DNA of 64,000 bases from positions 82,013,190-82,077,189 of the forward strand of contig NC_085846.1 of NCBI RefSeq assembly GCF_035594765.1, written 5' to 3'. Origin of the DNA: Anolis carolinensis. Taxonomy: Eukaryota. This document shows positions 23,263 through 35,620 of the stretch, one piece after another. The translations under genes were made by a program, and so were the position numbers. Numbering within the stretch: the stretch's first letter is position 1; each line of letters begins with the position of its first letter. Under the pieces are notes generated by a model. It ran no database searches and was not told where the DNA came from. It saw nothing but the letters and a program-made list of their open reading frames with translations.

Positions 23263-24233
23263 GTTTGGATAGTGCTACACTGCCCCACGATCAGTGTGGA
23301 ACCATCCAGTTCAAGTTGCACTGTATAGTTCTACACTGACCATATAATGCAGTTCAAGCTTCATTGTATATAGTTTCTATACTATGCATATAATGCAGTT
23401 CAAGTTGCATTATATAGTTCTACACTGATCCTATAATACAGTTCAAGCTTCATTGTATATAGTTTCTACACTAAGCATATAATGCAGTTCAAGTTGGATT
23501 ATATAGTTCTACACTGATTCTATAATGCAGTTCAAGCTTCACTGTATATAGTTTCTACACTAAGCATATAATGCAGTTCAAGTTGCATTATATAGTTCTA
23601 CACTAACCCTAAAATGCAGTTCAAGCTGCATTGTATAGTTTCTACACTGACCATATAATGCAGTTCAAGCTGCATTGTATATACTTCTACACTAAGCATA
23701 TAATGCAGTTCAAGTTGCATTATATAGTTCTACACTGACCCAAAATGCAGTTCAAGCTGCACTGTATAGTGTCAACATTGACCATATAATGCAGTTCAAG
23801 CTGTATTGTATAGTTTATTTGTTTATTTACCATACTTGTATCCCACCTTTCTCAACCCCCAAAAGGGACTCAAGGCGGCCTTACAAAGGCAACAATTCAA
23901 TGCTGCCTGTATATCTACACCAATGAGTAAACAAACATTAAAACCAACTAATTAAAATATAACATTCAAACAAGAATTAAAATCACATAATCCAAGTCAT
24001 ATTCCAAGTTTCTACACTGAGCATATAATGCAGTTCAAGCTGCATTGTATAGTTCTACACTGAACACATAATGCAGTTCATTGTATAGTTCTGCACTGAA
24101 CATATAATGCAGTTCAAGTTGCTTTGTATAGTTTCTACACTGAGCATATAATGCATCTCAAGATGCATTGTATAGTTCTACACTGAACACATAATGCAGT
24201 TCAAACTGCATTATAGGGTAGTATGGAACCAGC
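23263..24233. repeat. MITE-derived ~41-42 bp minisatellite in the HOXA9 intron, interrupted by a CR1/L2-like 3' tail (~23814-24008)
   Basis: Unit CTACACTGACCATATAATGCAGTTCAAGCTGCATTGTATAGTT repeated many times. The same core occurs in the MITEs at 44157 and 51236. Confidence 0.85.
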
Positions 24234-24450
24234 TTTTAAGTCCCTCATTGAGTCTCTATGTCGGGAGAAAGGCAGGATACACATAAATAAGTACAAAATG
24301 GTAAATAAGTACAAAATGGTTGAGCTGGCAGGGTGCTGGTGTTGTGGGTGCAGGGAAAGGGGCTGCCACACACACTCCCCCTTAGATTGGCTTAGCTAAG
24401 TGGGATCCATCTTGAGTTATGCGGCATTGGCTGGCTTCCCTCCTGCCTTA

Positions 24451-24451
<1 letters not shown>

Positions 24452-24513
<62 letters not shown>
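24452..24513. repeat. (TAA)n microsatellite, one of many (also ~10965-11020, 11254-11297, 37122-37161, 51151-51205, 51781-51826, 53492-53545)
   Basis: Read directly. Confidence 0.95.
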
Positions 24514-25676
24514 TTGTTATTTGCCTCTCCTCATGGTTGGAGGAGTGATTCAACATAGTTAAACTCACACACAGAAAAAGCAAAATGCCACTGAACTAAA
24601 AGGCATCTCGCCACACACACACACACCCCCCCATCAGGGTGTTTCAGAAGGAGGCGGTAGGCATATCGTCCACAAAATGCAGCAGCTGTGGCGAAGGGCG
24701 AACAGGACATTTCTCTGTGTGCTCTCCCTCCTCATGTTTAGATGCCTGAACCTCCCAAGGCTGGGTCAGGCACAATGAAGCGTGATGGGATGTGTAGTTC
24801 TCCTCTCCAGCTCGCCCTCGGTGGTGACAGTGGGCAGCACAGTGTACACTCATGGCGACAAGCTTCAGTTCTGGAGTGGGATGGGAAAAGAGTTAGTGGG
24901 AGGTAAGGTTTAGTTGGTTGAGAGGGGGGGGGGGAGAAAGAGGGGGAGAGGGCGAGGATGGGGGTCCTGAAGAGCCCAGAAATAGAGAGAGCAGGAGGAA
25001 CAAAACATTGGAGGTGAATCTGATTCCTTTGTGACGAAGCTAGGAAAACCATGAGCGACAAGACTGTTGGGGGTGGGGGTAGGAGGGACATCCGTCCTTT
25101 CATTTACTCCCTTCTTGGTTGGTTGGGATTTTTTTATGTACCTATATAAATAATCTCTCCCCACGAGCTAGATTAACAGTGAGGCAGGCAACCAAAGTCA
25201 GGCTCAGCAGGTTCCTCAGCCAAGCCCTGTAACGTGTGAATGGGTGGGCGTGAGTGTGCCCCCGTTGTCGCCTGAGAAAGCTGGTGACATCACAGGCCGA
25301 AAAATGGGGCCGGGGACAGGAACACTCGTGTTTTTAAAGGGTGTAAAGGAGAGAAGGAGGCAAATCCACAGGGTCCTTCTGGGGTAAAGGAGAGAGGGAG
25401 AGGGAGGCAGAGAGAGGTGGACATGTTGTATGTAAACAGTATGCAAGAGAGAAAGGGAAGAGGGGAGGTAGTAGTAAACCCCCATGGGGGGGGGGGTTAC
25501 TGCAATTCATTCTGCCTGACCTCTCCATGCGTCCATTGTTGGCTGCCCATCCTGTCTGTCTGTCCCAATGAAAGGCATGTCATAAAACGCCCATAGCAGG
25601 GCACTCGGGATGCTTCAGGAGAAGGGGGGCATCTTGCATCCCCATCCAGGCGGGTTGGGGATGCCAGAGTAACGCT

Positions 25677-25677
25677 G

Positions 25678-25716
<39 letters not shown>
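25677..25716. repeat. (GTT)n microsatellite ~40 bp upstream of the HOXA9 exon 2 acceptor
   Basis: Read directly. Confidence 0.95.
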
Positions 25717-25756
25717 CTTTCCCCCTGCTCCAACCTCTGGCCTCCTTGCCTTGCAG

Positions 25757-25995
25757 ACAACCCGGCGGCCAACTGGCTCCACGCGCGCTCCACGCGGAAA
25801 AAGCGCTGCCCTTACACCAAGCACCAAACGCTGGAGTTGGAGAAGGAGTTTTTGTTCAACATGTATCTGACCAGGGACCGACGGTATGAGGTGGCCCGGC
25901 TGCTGAATTTAACCGAGAGACAGGTCAAAATCTGGTTCCAGAACCGGAGGATGAAAATGAAGAAGATCAACAAGGACCGAGTGAAGGAGGACTGA
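25757..25995 (+). CDS. HOXA9: HOXA9 exon 2, homeodomain
   Basis: Acceptor ttgcag|AC. Translates (N)[78 protein letters not shown]. Confidence 0.98.
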
Positions 25996-27525
25996 GTGGG
26001 TCTCGCGTGGCAGGTTCCTCGTGGCTCAGAAACACCCCTCCTCTCCCCCTTTTCACCTACGAATCCCTCCATCTTCCAATGAGACTCTGTCCACTCCAGG
26101 CCTCGCCTGACTCACTTTTTAATTTTTATTTAATTTTTTCATTTTATACAAAAACTACTACTACAACAAAATCCTTTGACGGTTTGTTCTCTTGGCTCTT
26201 GAATGTACCTCGCCAGCGTGCAGGGAGATAAATGGCTGGGACCTGGTGCTATTGAAGAGGTACCACGACTTTAAATCTATCTCTATACCTACAGACAGGG
26301 AAAGAAATAGATCTGATCCCTCATCCTAGGCAAGACAAACACGGGAGGCTGGTTTTGTTGGCTTGACTAAATCTACCTGTCCTTCATTGAAAGAAAAAAA
26401 GAGAAAGAATGAAAGTAAACTACCTTTTTTAATGCACAATTCTTTACGGACTGTATAGGTTAGTCGAAAAATAGTTAATTTTATTTGCTTTTTGCGCGGC
26501 AGGCAGAGAGAGGTCTGCTTTTAATACTTGAACACTGTGTTTTTAATTGTGGTAATTATGTTTGTGACTCGGTTTTTTGTGCTTGGGTGCTGTATCCGAT
26601 GTGGTCCTGTAAGCTAGAATTCAATTTGAACTCAGGTTGTTTAATATAAAGGTTTGCATAAAGGATAGCTCTGTAGTGTACAAACCTTCTCCTTCCCTGC
26701 ATCATTAGCCAGTTAATCTTGAATTGCAATGGGTAGGCTGCAGGGCTGCAATTTGCTCTGTCCCTATCCCAACGAGAGGAAAAAATATGTATATATATCC
26801 ATATACATATGTATATATGAATATATATGGAAGAGGAAAGGGCTCATGGCTCCTTTGACCCATTTGCTTTCGAACCAATCCTTTAAGTGCACACACTTGA
26901 TCTATATATATAGTACAGTCTTCGTCAGTTGTGTATATATCTATATATACATAAATATAATCTATATATTAAAGAAAGAAACCCTTAATTATCGGACTAG
27001 CTTGAATATTGTTTTGCACCCGTGAGCAGTTTTCAGATACCGGAGCTATGCCTATTATGTGGGGGGGAAATAAAGACAAGCAAAGAAAGGCAACTACCTA
27101 TGGTTTACGTTTTAAGTTTAATCAAATCGTTGGATTCTTACTGTAATGAAAGTTTAATTTTATTGATAATAAATTATACGCTCGAAAAACTACCTTTGGT
27201 TATTGTAGATTTGTATCAATTATTAAAAAATAAAAATAGCCCAAAATATATATATCCTGGAAGTTATGTTTATGCTGAAGCTACACTGTATCTTTGCAAT
27301 AGTTACCTCATGGCCTACTGACCAAATAGTTGTGTCCGAATGATATTTAACTCTTTTTTTTGCTAAATAAAATATATATTGATTCTTTTGTATACATATT
27401 TGTGCTGTTTAAGATTATTAAGGACACACTGCGCCACCAAACCCACCCAGAATGATATATATGGCGTCCCTCTTGGAGAACAATAGAAACCTAACCTTGT
27501 TACTTCGAGACAATTTGAAGACTCA

Positions 27526-27670
27526 GGGCCCTTCCACACAGTCACATAACCCAGAATATCAAGGCAGAACATTCCTACAATATCTGTTTTGAGCTGGGTT
27601 ATCTGAGTCCACACTGCCATGTATTCCAGTTCAATAATGTGGAATTTTATTCAGCAGTGTGGAAAAGGTC
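27526..27670. mobile_element. Harbinger-type MITE, same family as 17018 and 21728
   Basis: GGGCCCTTCCACACAG ... CAGTGTGGAAAAGGTC ends and a shared internal sequence. Confidence 0.75.
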
Positions 27671-28208
27671 TCTTTGTCCAGATGTGTATTGGAGAGGGAT
27701 ATTGAACAAGGAGGTTGTGGCCAGCTATGAAGGATGTTCCCAACCCATGACCATTCAGTGACAAGACAGAATCCCATGAGGAAAGAAAGCTGTAGTAGAT
27801 ACTTAGGATAAAACATTGGAAATGATTTATTCCATTCCGGAAGCAGAAGAAGGCTTTCGAAAACAAAATATTGGAAAAACAATGCCATCCAGTTAGCTTC
27901 CCTAGTCAAGATCTGATTTATTTTTTGCCTTCTAGAGACGAAGAAATCTTTGGGGTAGGAAATGCCAGGCTTTAGCTTTATATAGAAAGCAAAACCCTTG
28001 GGGTATGAAATGCCAGTCTTTCCCATTGTGAAAGAAAGCCATTTAGCTCGCTTTCTCTAGTTCCAGTTGTTTCTACTCAACTAATAAACCAGCTGCAGGG
28101 TTATTGGGGTTGTATGTGTGTGTTGTCGAAGGCTAAGTCCAGACTTATATCTGACAATAACAGTCGCCATTTTTTTAAAGTGCTTTGATTTTTAAATAAT
28201 AATAATTT

Positions 28209-28315
28209 TGTGCTGTCGAAGGCTTTCATGGCTGGAATCACTGGGTTGCTGTGCATTTTCCGGGCTGTATGACCAAGCTACAGAAGCATTTTCTCCTGAC
28301 GCTTCACCAACATCT
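28209..28315 (-). mobile_element. Short Penelope terminal fragment
   Basis: Family terminus TGTGCTGTCGAAGGCTTTCATGG, flanked by a duplicated TAATAATAATTTTGT. Confidence 0.8.
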
Positions 28316-29485
28316 AATAATAATTTTGTTTATGTGGTTGCTGTTAGCCCTGTTTCTGAAATGGTGTTATTTTCGTACATGGCTTGGGATTGGGAATAAA
28401 CCGACAGCAAATACAAGGAAATATCTTTGGGGTGAAAGAGTTGGTTGAAGCTGTTGAAGAACAAAAGGAATGGCAGGAAGTCTGTCTCAGTCTCACTGGC
28501 TCAGCCATAGAAGAGTCTGGCGTCGGGGAAAACACCACTTTGAGTTGGATTTGGGGTGTCGTTTGGGGTGGGCTGAGGGAAGATAAAGGGGCTGGCTGGC
28601 TATTTCTGCCCAACAGTGTGTTTCTTCTGCAGCTTCCGCAGAATGAATGCCTTGGTTTATTTTAAAAGCGTGGAGGGAGAAAGAGAGAGAGAGAGAGAGA
28701 AAATATAACACCCCAAGCCAACCCACTTCCAGCTAACAAGCCTTGGCTGAAGATGCTATTAGGAAAAATTCAGAGCCATAGAGTGCCATAAAAGAAAATG
28801 ACGGCTGTAACCGTTTATGGGGTGTAAAATACTGGAGGGTTTAAAGACAAGAACTCTGGTTTTACGTTGGAATATCCAGAAAGGAGTGTGATAGGGTTTT
28901 TTTTTTCCAAAGGGGAGGGGTTGTTGTTTCCCCTTTCTGGTCAGAGGTGTTCAATTAGTTCAAAAAGGAACTAGTTTTCGTCTAGCTAATTTTTTTTTAG
29001 AGGAAGAAAGAGGAAGGGGCTGGTTGTTAAGGGGGAGAAGGGACCCCTAATTTATGCCTGGCCCCATGGTTTGGGATGTTGGGACGCCCTCTGTTGTTGC
29101 AGACGGTGGGGACTTCAAAGAACCGGCCTCAGAAGCGTGTAATAAATGCCGGGTCTGCAAACTGTCTGGAATTCGGCCCTTAATGAGTTTACAACTGTCC
29201 AGCCACAATTAAGATTTCTCGACAAAAGCCCCCTTTCATTTGTTTTGTCTGGCTGTTTCAGATAAAGCGGGTCTGCGGAAATAGCTCGCTTTTATTAGCC
29301 CCGCTCTCTTTCCTCTGAAATGTAGGACGTTTATCTTTAATGAATTTGCCGCTGGAACCTTTAGCAAAAAAATAATAATGGCTACTGCAAGGCAAGGCAG
29401 ATTATTCAATGCATTTGCAGCGTGGTTGGTATTAGAAATATGGGCTCCTCGGCTTGGTTTTATGGCTTGTAATGACTACAATGTA

Positions 29486-29500
29486 ACAGCAGATGGCACT
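29486..29500 (+). promoter_or_regulatory. CTCF motif between HOXA9 and HOXA7 (C7|9-type boundary candidate)
   Basis: ACAGCAGATGGCACT, same orientation as the HOXA6/A5 site, at the end of a repeat-free block (~28760-29560). Confidence 0.6.
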
Positions 29501-29781
29501 GTTGGTCCATGAAAACAAGACGGATTCCGCCATGAAAGCAAAGGGACGGATTCTAAAATGTCGACTTTAAAAAACCAGTACATGCGGTTGAGAAACCAGT
29601 GGCTCGATTTTAACAAAGGAGGGAAGGAATGACTGTAAATATGTGCTCTGGTACCTAAATGGCTGCGTCCACAGTTAATTATATTGGGTTTAATCTATCT
29701 GTGGTTGTAGTCACCCATTGTGCTAAATTCTGAGGATGTTACTTTCTGAAATTTCAGTGGTTAAACTATTTTTATTTGATA

Positions 29782-30219
29782 TGTAGTCAAAGGCTTTCTT
29801 GGCCGGAATCTTGCTGTGAGTTTTCCGGGTGCTATGGCCATGTTCCAATAGCATTCTTTCCTGACGTTTCGCCCACATCTATGGCAGGCATCCTCAGAGG
29901 TTGTGAGATATATTGGAAACTAGGCAAGGGAGGATTCTATATCTGTGGAAAGTCCAAGGTGGGAGAAAGAACTTTTGTCTGTTGGAGGCTAGCGTGAATG
30001 CTGCAATTAATCACCTTGATTAGCATTGAAAAGGCTTGCAGCTTCAAAGCCTGGCTGATTCCTGCCTAGGGCTATCCTTTGTTAGGAGGTGTTCACTGAC
30101 CCTGATTGTTTCCTGTCTAGAATGCCCCTGTCTTCTGGGTGTTGTGTTTTATTTACTGTCCTGATTTTAGAGTTTTTTAAATATTGGTAGCCAGATTTTG
30201 TTCATTTTCATTTTTTCCT
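29782..30219 (-). mobile_element. Penelope-like element fragment carrying an intact hammerhead
   Basis: Colinear with the other copies. Confidence 0.88.
29860..29900 (-). ncRNA. Minimal type-I hammerhead ribozyme in a Penelope terminal repeat (matches family consensus)
   Basis: Minus strand reads CCT-CTGAGGA-T-GCCTGC-catagat-GTGGGC-GAAA-CGTC-AGG. Confidence 0.82.
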
Positions 30220-30494
30220 ATCTTTTCTCGAATATTTGCCATTGTTTAGGTGAAAACTAATGAACCCTACCCTCAACAAGCAATTTCAAGCTTGTGTGCA
30301 TATTAGCATATATGGTGATACCTTGGCAGATATGTATCTGCCTATCTACATATTGTGTAAACATGGTATAAAATATATTAATCTTGGCACAATGATTGAA
30401 CTAGGAGTGGCTTAAGCTCTCTGTGTGTGTGTGCATCAGCTAACAAACCTTGCTGTTGTATACCTTTAATTTGTTTCCGATCATGGTGACTCTA

Positions 30495-30655
30495 AGGCAA
30501 TCCTATCACAGGAGTTTCTTGGCCTGGTTTGTTCAGAGGGAAGGTTGCTTGCTTTTGCCTTCCTCTGAGGCTGGGAGAGTGTGACTTGCCCAAGGTCACC
30601 TTAGCTGAGTGTGGATCATAACTTCTTGAGTCCTTTTTCAACGCTCAAACATGTT
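30495..30655 (-). mobile_element. SINE fragment
   Basis: GTGTGACTTGCCCAAGGTCACC and TTGCCTTCCTCTGAGGCTG are the reverse complement of the SINE at 17406. Confidence 0.6.
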
Positions 30656-31139
30656 GGCTCCTTATGAGATATCTAATAAGGTTATATTTTAATAATTTAA
30701 ACTAAAATGAAAAATTATTATCAGATTAAGTAACCCATGGTTAATTTAATTGGCTAATTGGTATGGCTAATCTATATCCCCATGTAAGTATATAAAAACA
30801 GATACATATATCTACAACGGATATGATGGCTGAGCCTGTAGTGTGAGTCACAGATGTCTGGCATTGAACACATTGGAATTTACTTCCAAGCAAAGCGCAC
30901 AAGATTGTATTGGAAAAGTGCAAACCTAGTATGTTTACTTGCTTCCCAAGAACTATGTGCATGGAATAAAACAAACATTAAACCTTACTGAAAACATATG
31001 AGCACTTTTACGGCTGGGGTTCTTTAGGCCCCTGATAACTATTATTACTGATAACTGATAATTTTACATGCAAGTGTTCTCTATTGTAACAAAACCCAAT
31101 AAAGCTGATTCCTTTATTAGGAACAGATATCTCCCTTCA

Positions 31140-31483
31140 AGGCCAGTATGGTGCAATGATTTGAGTGTTGGACTAGGATTTATCCAACACTGGGAAACCC
31201 ATTGGGTGGCTTTAGGAAAGTCACACTCTCTCTTGCCTTTAAAGGAAAACAAGGGCAAAACCCATCTGAACAAAACCCAAGGCTCCTTTCTACACTGTAG
31301 AATTGATGCAGTTAGATACCACTCTAACTGTCCTGATGCTATGAAATCATGGGATTTGTGGTTTGACAAGGTCTTTCTGCCTTCTCTGCCAAAGAATTCT
31401 GGTTTTCCTCTCAACTACAAATCCCAGCACTGAGCCATGGGAGTTAGTGATGTCAAACACATTCAGTCTATAAGGTAGATGCA
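31140..31483. mobile_element. SINE fragment followed by a MITE-like element (31281-31483)
   Basis: SINE-like GGAAAGTCACACTCTCTC. The MITE has TCTACAC...GTAGA ends and an internal inverted GGGATTTGTGGTT/AACTACAAATCCC. Confidence 0.5.
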
Positions 31484-34400
31484 ATTGCAATAATAATATT
31501 CATAATAATATATTATTTAATAATAAAAAGTATTATTATTGAATATTAAATTATTATTATTGCATATTAAATTATTATTGAATAATAAAAATATTATTTA
31601 ATAATAAATTATTATCATTTAAGTAATACTTATTAATAATTAAATAATTATTATATAAATTATCATTTCAATTGAATTATTATTAAATTTTTACCTGCCT
31701 CTCCTCGTGGCTCGGTTACAGCATTAATAAAATATAATAAATGACTAATATAAGTCAGAAAGGGCTTGAAGACACACAATAACAACACCTTCCTCCATGG
31801 CAATGCAGCAAGCAAGCCAGCTTTGTTTTTTTAAGGGGGGCATTGTCTGGGCCAGCTTAAATATGTATTTTCCATTTTTTGATGACTGCCCCGTCTACAT
31901 GCGTTTTCCTCCTGTTCTGAGGCTTATTCTGAAAGGACTCTCTTTTCGCTCAACCCAAAGGGAGGCTTCCCGGCGAAGCAGCAAAGGCTGCGGATTTTGC
32001 TTTGTTTTTTTTTAATCTGAGCTTTATTTACCGGCGGCCGAGATTCTCCAGCAGATGTTAGCGCTGCAATAAAAGGCTCCGCTCGCTTCCTGAGCCGTTT
32101 TGGCTCTGTGGGACTCGGTTTAATTATATTGTGCAGATGCTCGGAGTCTGATGCACCGCGGGACTGAAATGCCTCTGCAAATCCATTCTGGAGCTCTTCC
32201 CTGATCTTTATTTACGGTTTCTCTGATCAAAAATTAATATCTCTTTGGCTGGCTCCATCCATTCTCACGTGACCCAAGATACACAAACATTCATCCCGAA
32301 GGCAGATGAATGGAATGAGATGGTTTTTTATTTTTTATTATTTTTTTAGTAATTGGCCTTCTAAATGGCTGCAGGAGTGAATGTGATGCATCAACATTAG
32401 AGTCAAGGAAATAATATTATTACTGGAGACGCACCAACAGGCTGCATCTCCTTTGGCAAAGAAAGGACGGTGCACAGGGATCCAATCGACCTATTTGTAT
32501 TGAATTGGGCAAGGAATTTGGTTTTGTTAACCAAGAAGAGTGCGAGAGAGAGGAGGATATCGATCACATCCAATTTAAAAATAAAAATGATTGTAAACTA
32601 CATATAGGATGGAACTTACCTGTGTTTAATATATAACCCTACTGGGGCATAGAATTTATATGCACAAATTAAGCTCCATAATAGGCTCCATAATGTAATT
32701 CTTGCTTTGAGGGTGTGCTTGCACTTTTAATGTTACTTAGTGATGTTATTCTAGGTCTTCGTGCGGAAGCTTTTAATACAACTCACTGATATTACCCTCA
32801 ACTATTTTAGACCAGTTAAGTCATTCATATAGCTGTTTGAGTAGAAGGTTCAATGTATATTGAAGACAACAAACTGATCAAATGCCATAGCATTTTTTAT
32901 TGAGAAACACCAGGAAGCATAAAATAAAATAATGTCTATCCCGGAAACATTTTATTTCAAATCAAAGAGCATTACTGAAGGAATTGAGAGTACAGTGGGA
33001 AAATGTAACCTGGGGATTATAAAACCTTTGTTTTTTTTAATAATCACACCAAGAAAATTACACATAAACAATGCAATAATTTGAAATAAATATGAGTTGA
33101 AGGTGGAGAGAGAACAGGGGGTCCATTAAAACCAAGCAATATGGGAGATTCATCATTATTCCTATAGCATTGGCGTTGGGATAGTCAAAACAGTCTTTCC
33201 TACTATGATTATTCTGGAACTAAGAATCTTTATTTTATGATTAGGGTCTTACTGGAAAGTGAGATTCTCTGAGCGATGCTAGGTTGCAGGTTTCATTATA
33301 AAACCCTACATTGTAGATCACTAGTGCGAAATTTACTAAATTCCTATGCTTGCTAGAGGTATTGTTGGCGAAAATGTGAGTTTTTGTGTTTCAAAGCGTG
33401 ATCCAAACAGAACCAAGAGACAAACACTTTAAAATACCGGCAGTTGAGATGATCTTTCAAGAAAGAAGGTTTAGATCTCGGCCTAAAATACAGTTGCATT
33501 TAACTGTGCCTCCGAAAGACTATACAACGCCATATCAGTACCCAAGTCTAGACTATTGGTTGTGTTTACTGATAGTTTCTTCTTGCATCTTACCTTGGTG
33601 CCACCAGTGAGGCTATTTTATTGTTTCAATGAGGTTTAAGTCAGCTTCTGCAATCGCATCTCAGGACTTTTTCAGAGGAAAAATGTGATATGTGGAATTG
33701 ATATCCCGAGTTCACTATTTCTTTAGTCCCCTTGGATAAGAGTATCCACCGGCCTTATAAACAAAGGAAAGGCAACAAAGGAGAGATGCTTCTGTTGACG
33801 CCCAGAATGGAAAACACTTCTGCCTCTAGTCAAGAAAACTATTATTGTTGTTGCCATTATTTTTATATGCCTTTGGACAGCTCCATTTGGACAAGGCCTT
33901 CTCTCTGTCTTTTCCGAGGTATAGTTATGGGGTAGGGGGCAAAATTCAGATCTTGCCTTCCAAATAAGAATGAAGGACTCCAATGATATTACCCTCCAAC
34001 CCTCAGATTTCTAGCTTTGCAAAGAGTGGATGAAAGTAGTCCACACCTAGATATATACCGTGTTCCCATTTCCTTGCTTTCTCATTTTCTTGGGATGCTC
34101 AAAATCTATTTCCTAATGTCCGACTGGCTTTTTTGAGTGTCTTGCAATGATAGACATTTGGGAACTGATAGGGGAGTATCATTGAGGGCCCCATTTATCC
34201 TCTCCCCCTTCTCTCTGCCTCCAGTCTCCTCTCTGAACCCCTTTCCCATGCCTTTACCAGAACTGCACCCTCGCCAACCAAGGGTCGGTGCGAAATATCC
34301 CCAAGGCACAACTTTGAACGGGTGAGAAGAACCTCTTTGTACACACAGGATACCAAATTCTATCATTTAGAGGGAGAATTTCCGGGGGCAATTCCATTGT

Positions 34401-34834
34401 CTCTCTTCCCGTTTATGATGTGCAATATAAGCAGGGCAGTAAAAGCTGTCTTTTCCCGAAAACTCCCTCCTCGTCTGAAGGACGGAAACTCGTTTTATGA
34501 TCCGTTTCAAGGCAGGATCCGGACGTAACCTCCTCAATGGGATCTGGGCTCCTTATTGCAGGGCTGAGCGTTTACAAAGGCAGGAGCCGGGATGTGTGTG
34601 GGGGGGGGGGACCCCATATCCTGGTCAAAACAACCCCAAAAAAGGTGTTGAGGAAAAGAAAACGAAAACGAGGGAAAGAAACGGGTCCAAAATGCATCCC
34701 AAGGCCCTTTTATTCCCCACTGAAAGAATTCCAGTTTTTATGAAAACAGGTGCTGAAAGTCCCTTGGTTTTATTGTTACTTTCCACCTCATTGTGTGTGT
34801 ATACCTCATTATCTATTAAAACTTGTGTGTCTAT

Positions 34835-35620
34835 GTAAGTACATTAAATCAAGGGTAATGTTCTGATGAGAGAAAAATGCATGCACATACCAAACCAGTT
34901 GCAAAATAAGAGGAATAATAATAATATATTGTATATGTATTTTTCCATGGCTATGTATATGTGTGAGGCTATGTATATGAATTCAAGGGTAGTGTTCTGA
35001 TAATGGAAATTTACTTACAAAGCAAACCGGTTGTCAAATAAGAAGAATAATAATCTCCTGTTGTGTGTGTATGTTTGGGTGTGTATATTATATGCCTCTC
35101 CATGTCTATATACATTCACATGAAATCAAGGGTAGTGTTCTGAAAATGGAAAATCCATGTACAAAGCAAACCAGTTGCCAAATAAGAGGAATAATAATCT
35201 CCTATTGTGTGTGTGTTTGGGTGTATGTTTATATTCCTTTCCATGTTTATGTACATTCACATGAAATCAAGGATAGTGTTCTGATAATGGAAAATTCACC
35301 TACAAAGCAAACTAATTGCCAAATAAGAGGAATAATAATCTCCCATTGAGTGTATGTGTTTGGGTGTGTGTATATTATATGCCTCTCCATGTCTATGTAC
35401 ATTCACATGAAATCAAGGGTAGTGTTCTCAGGGGTGAAAATGTCATGCAAGAGGAAAGAAACTGCAACATAAGGGGCGAAATAATCACTCCCTCCATTGT
35501 ATATGTGTATATATACATCCATGTCTACTGATACACATGTAATCCAGCCTCATGTTCTGAGGGATGAGATATTCCTGCTCAAGGAAAACCAGCTGCAAAA
35601 GAAAAGGAATAATAACACTG
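34835..35620. repeat. ~135-145 bp tandem repeat, about 6 units, plus a dispersed unit at ~35930-36050
   Basis: AAATCAAGGGTAGTGTTCTG...AAACCAGTTGCCAAATAAGAGGAATAATAAT recurs near 34846, 34980, 35123, 35264, 35410 and 35540. Confidence 0.85.

Noticed and set aside
23263-24233. Regular palindromic repeat array superficially like CRISPR
   Set aside because: No unique spacers, eukaryotic intron, and the unit derives from a MITE.
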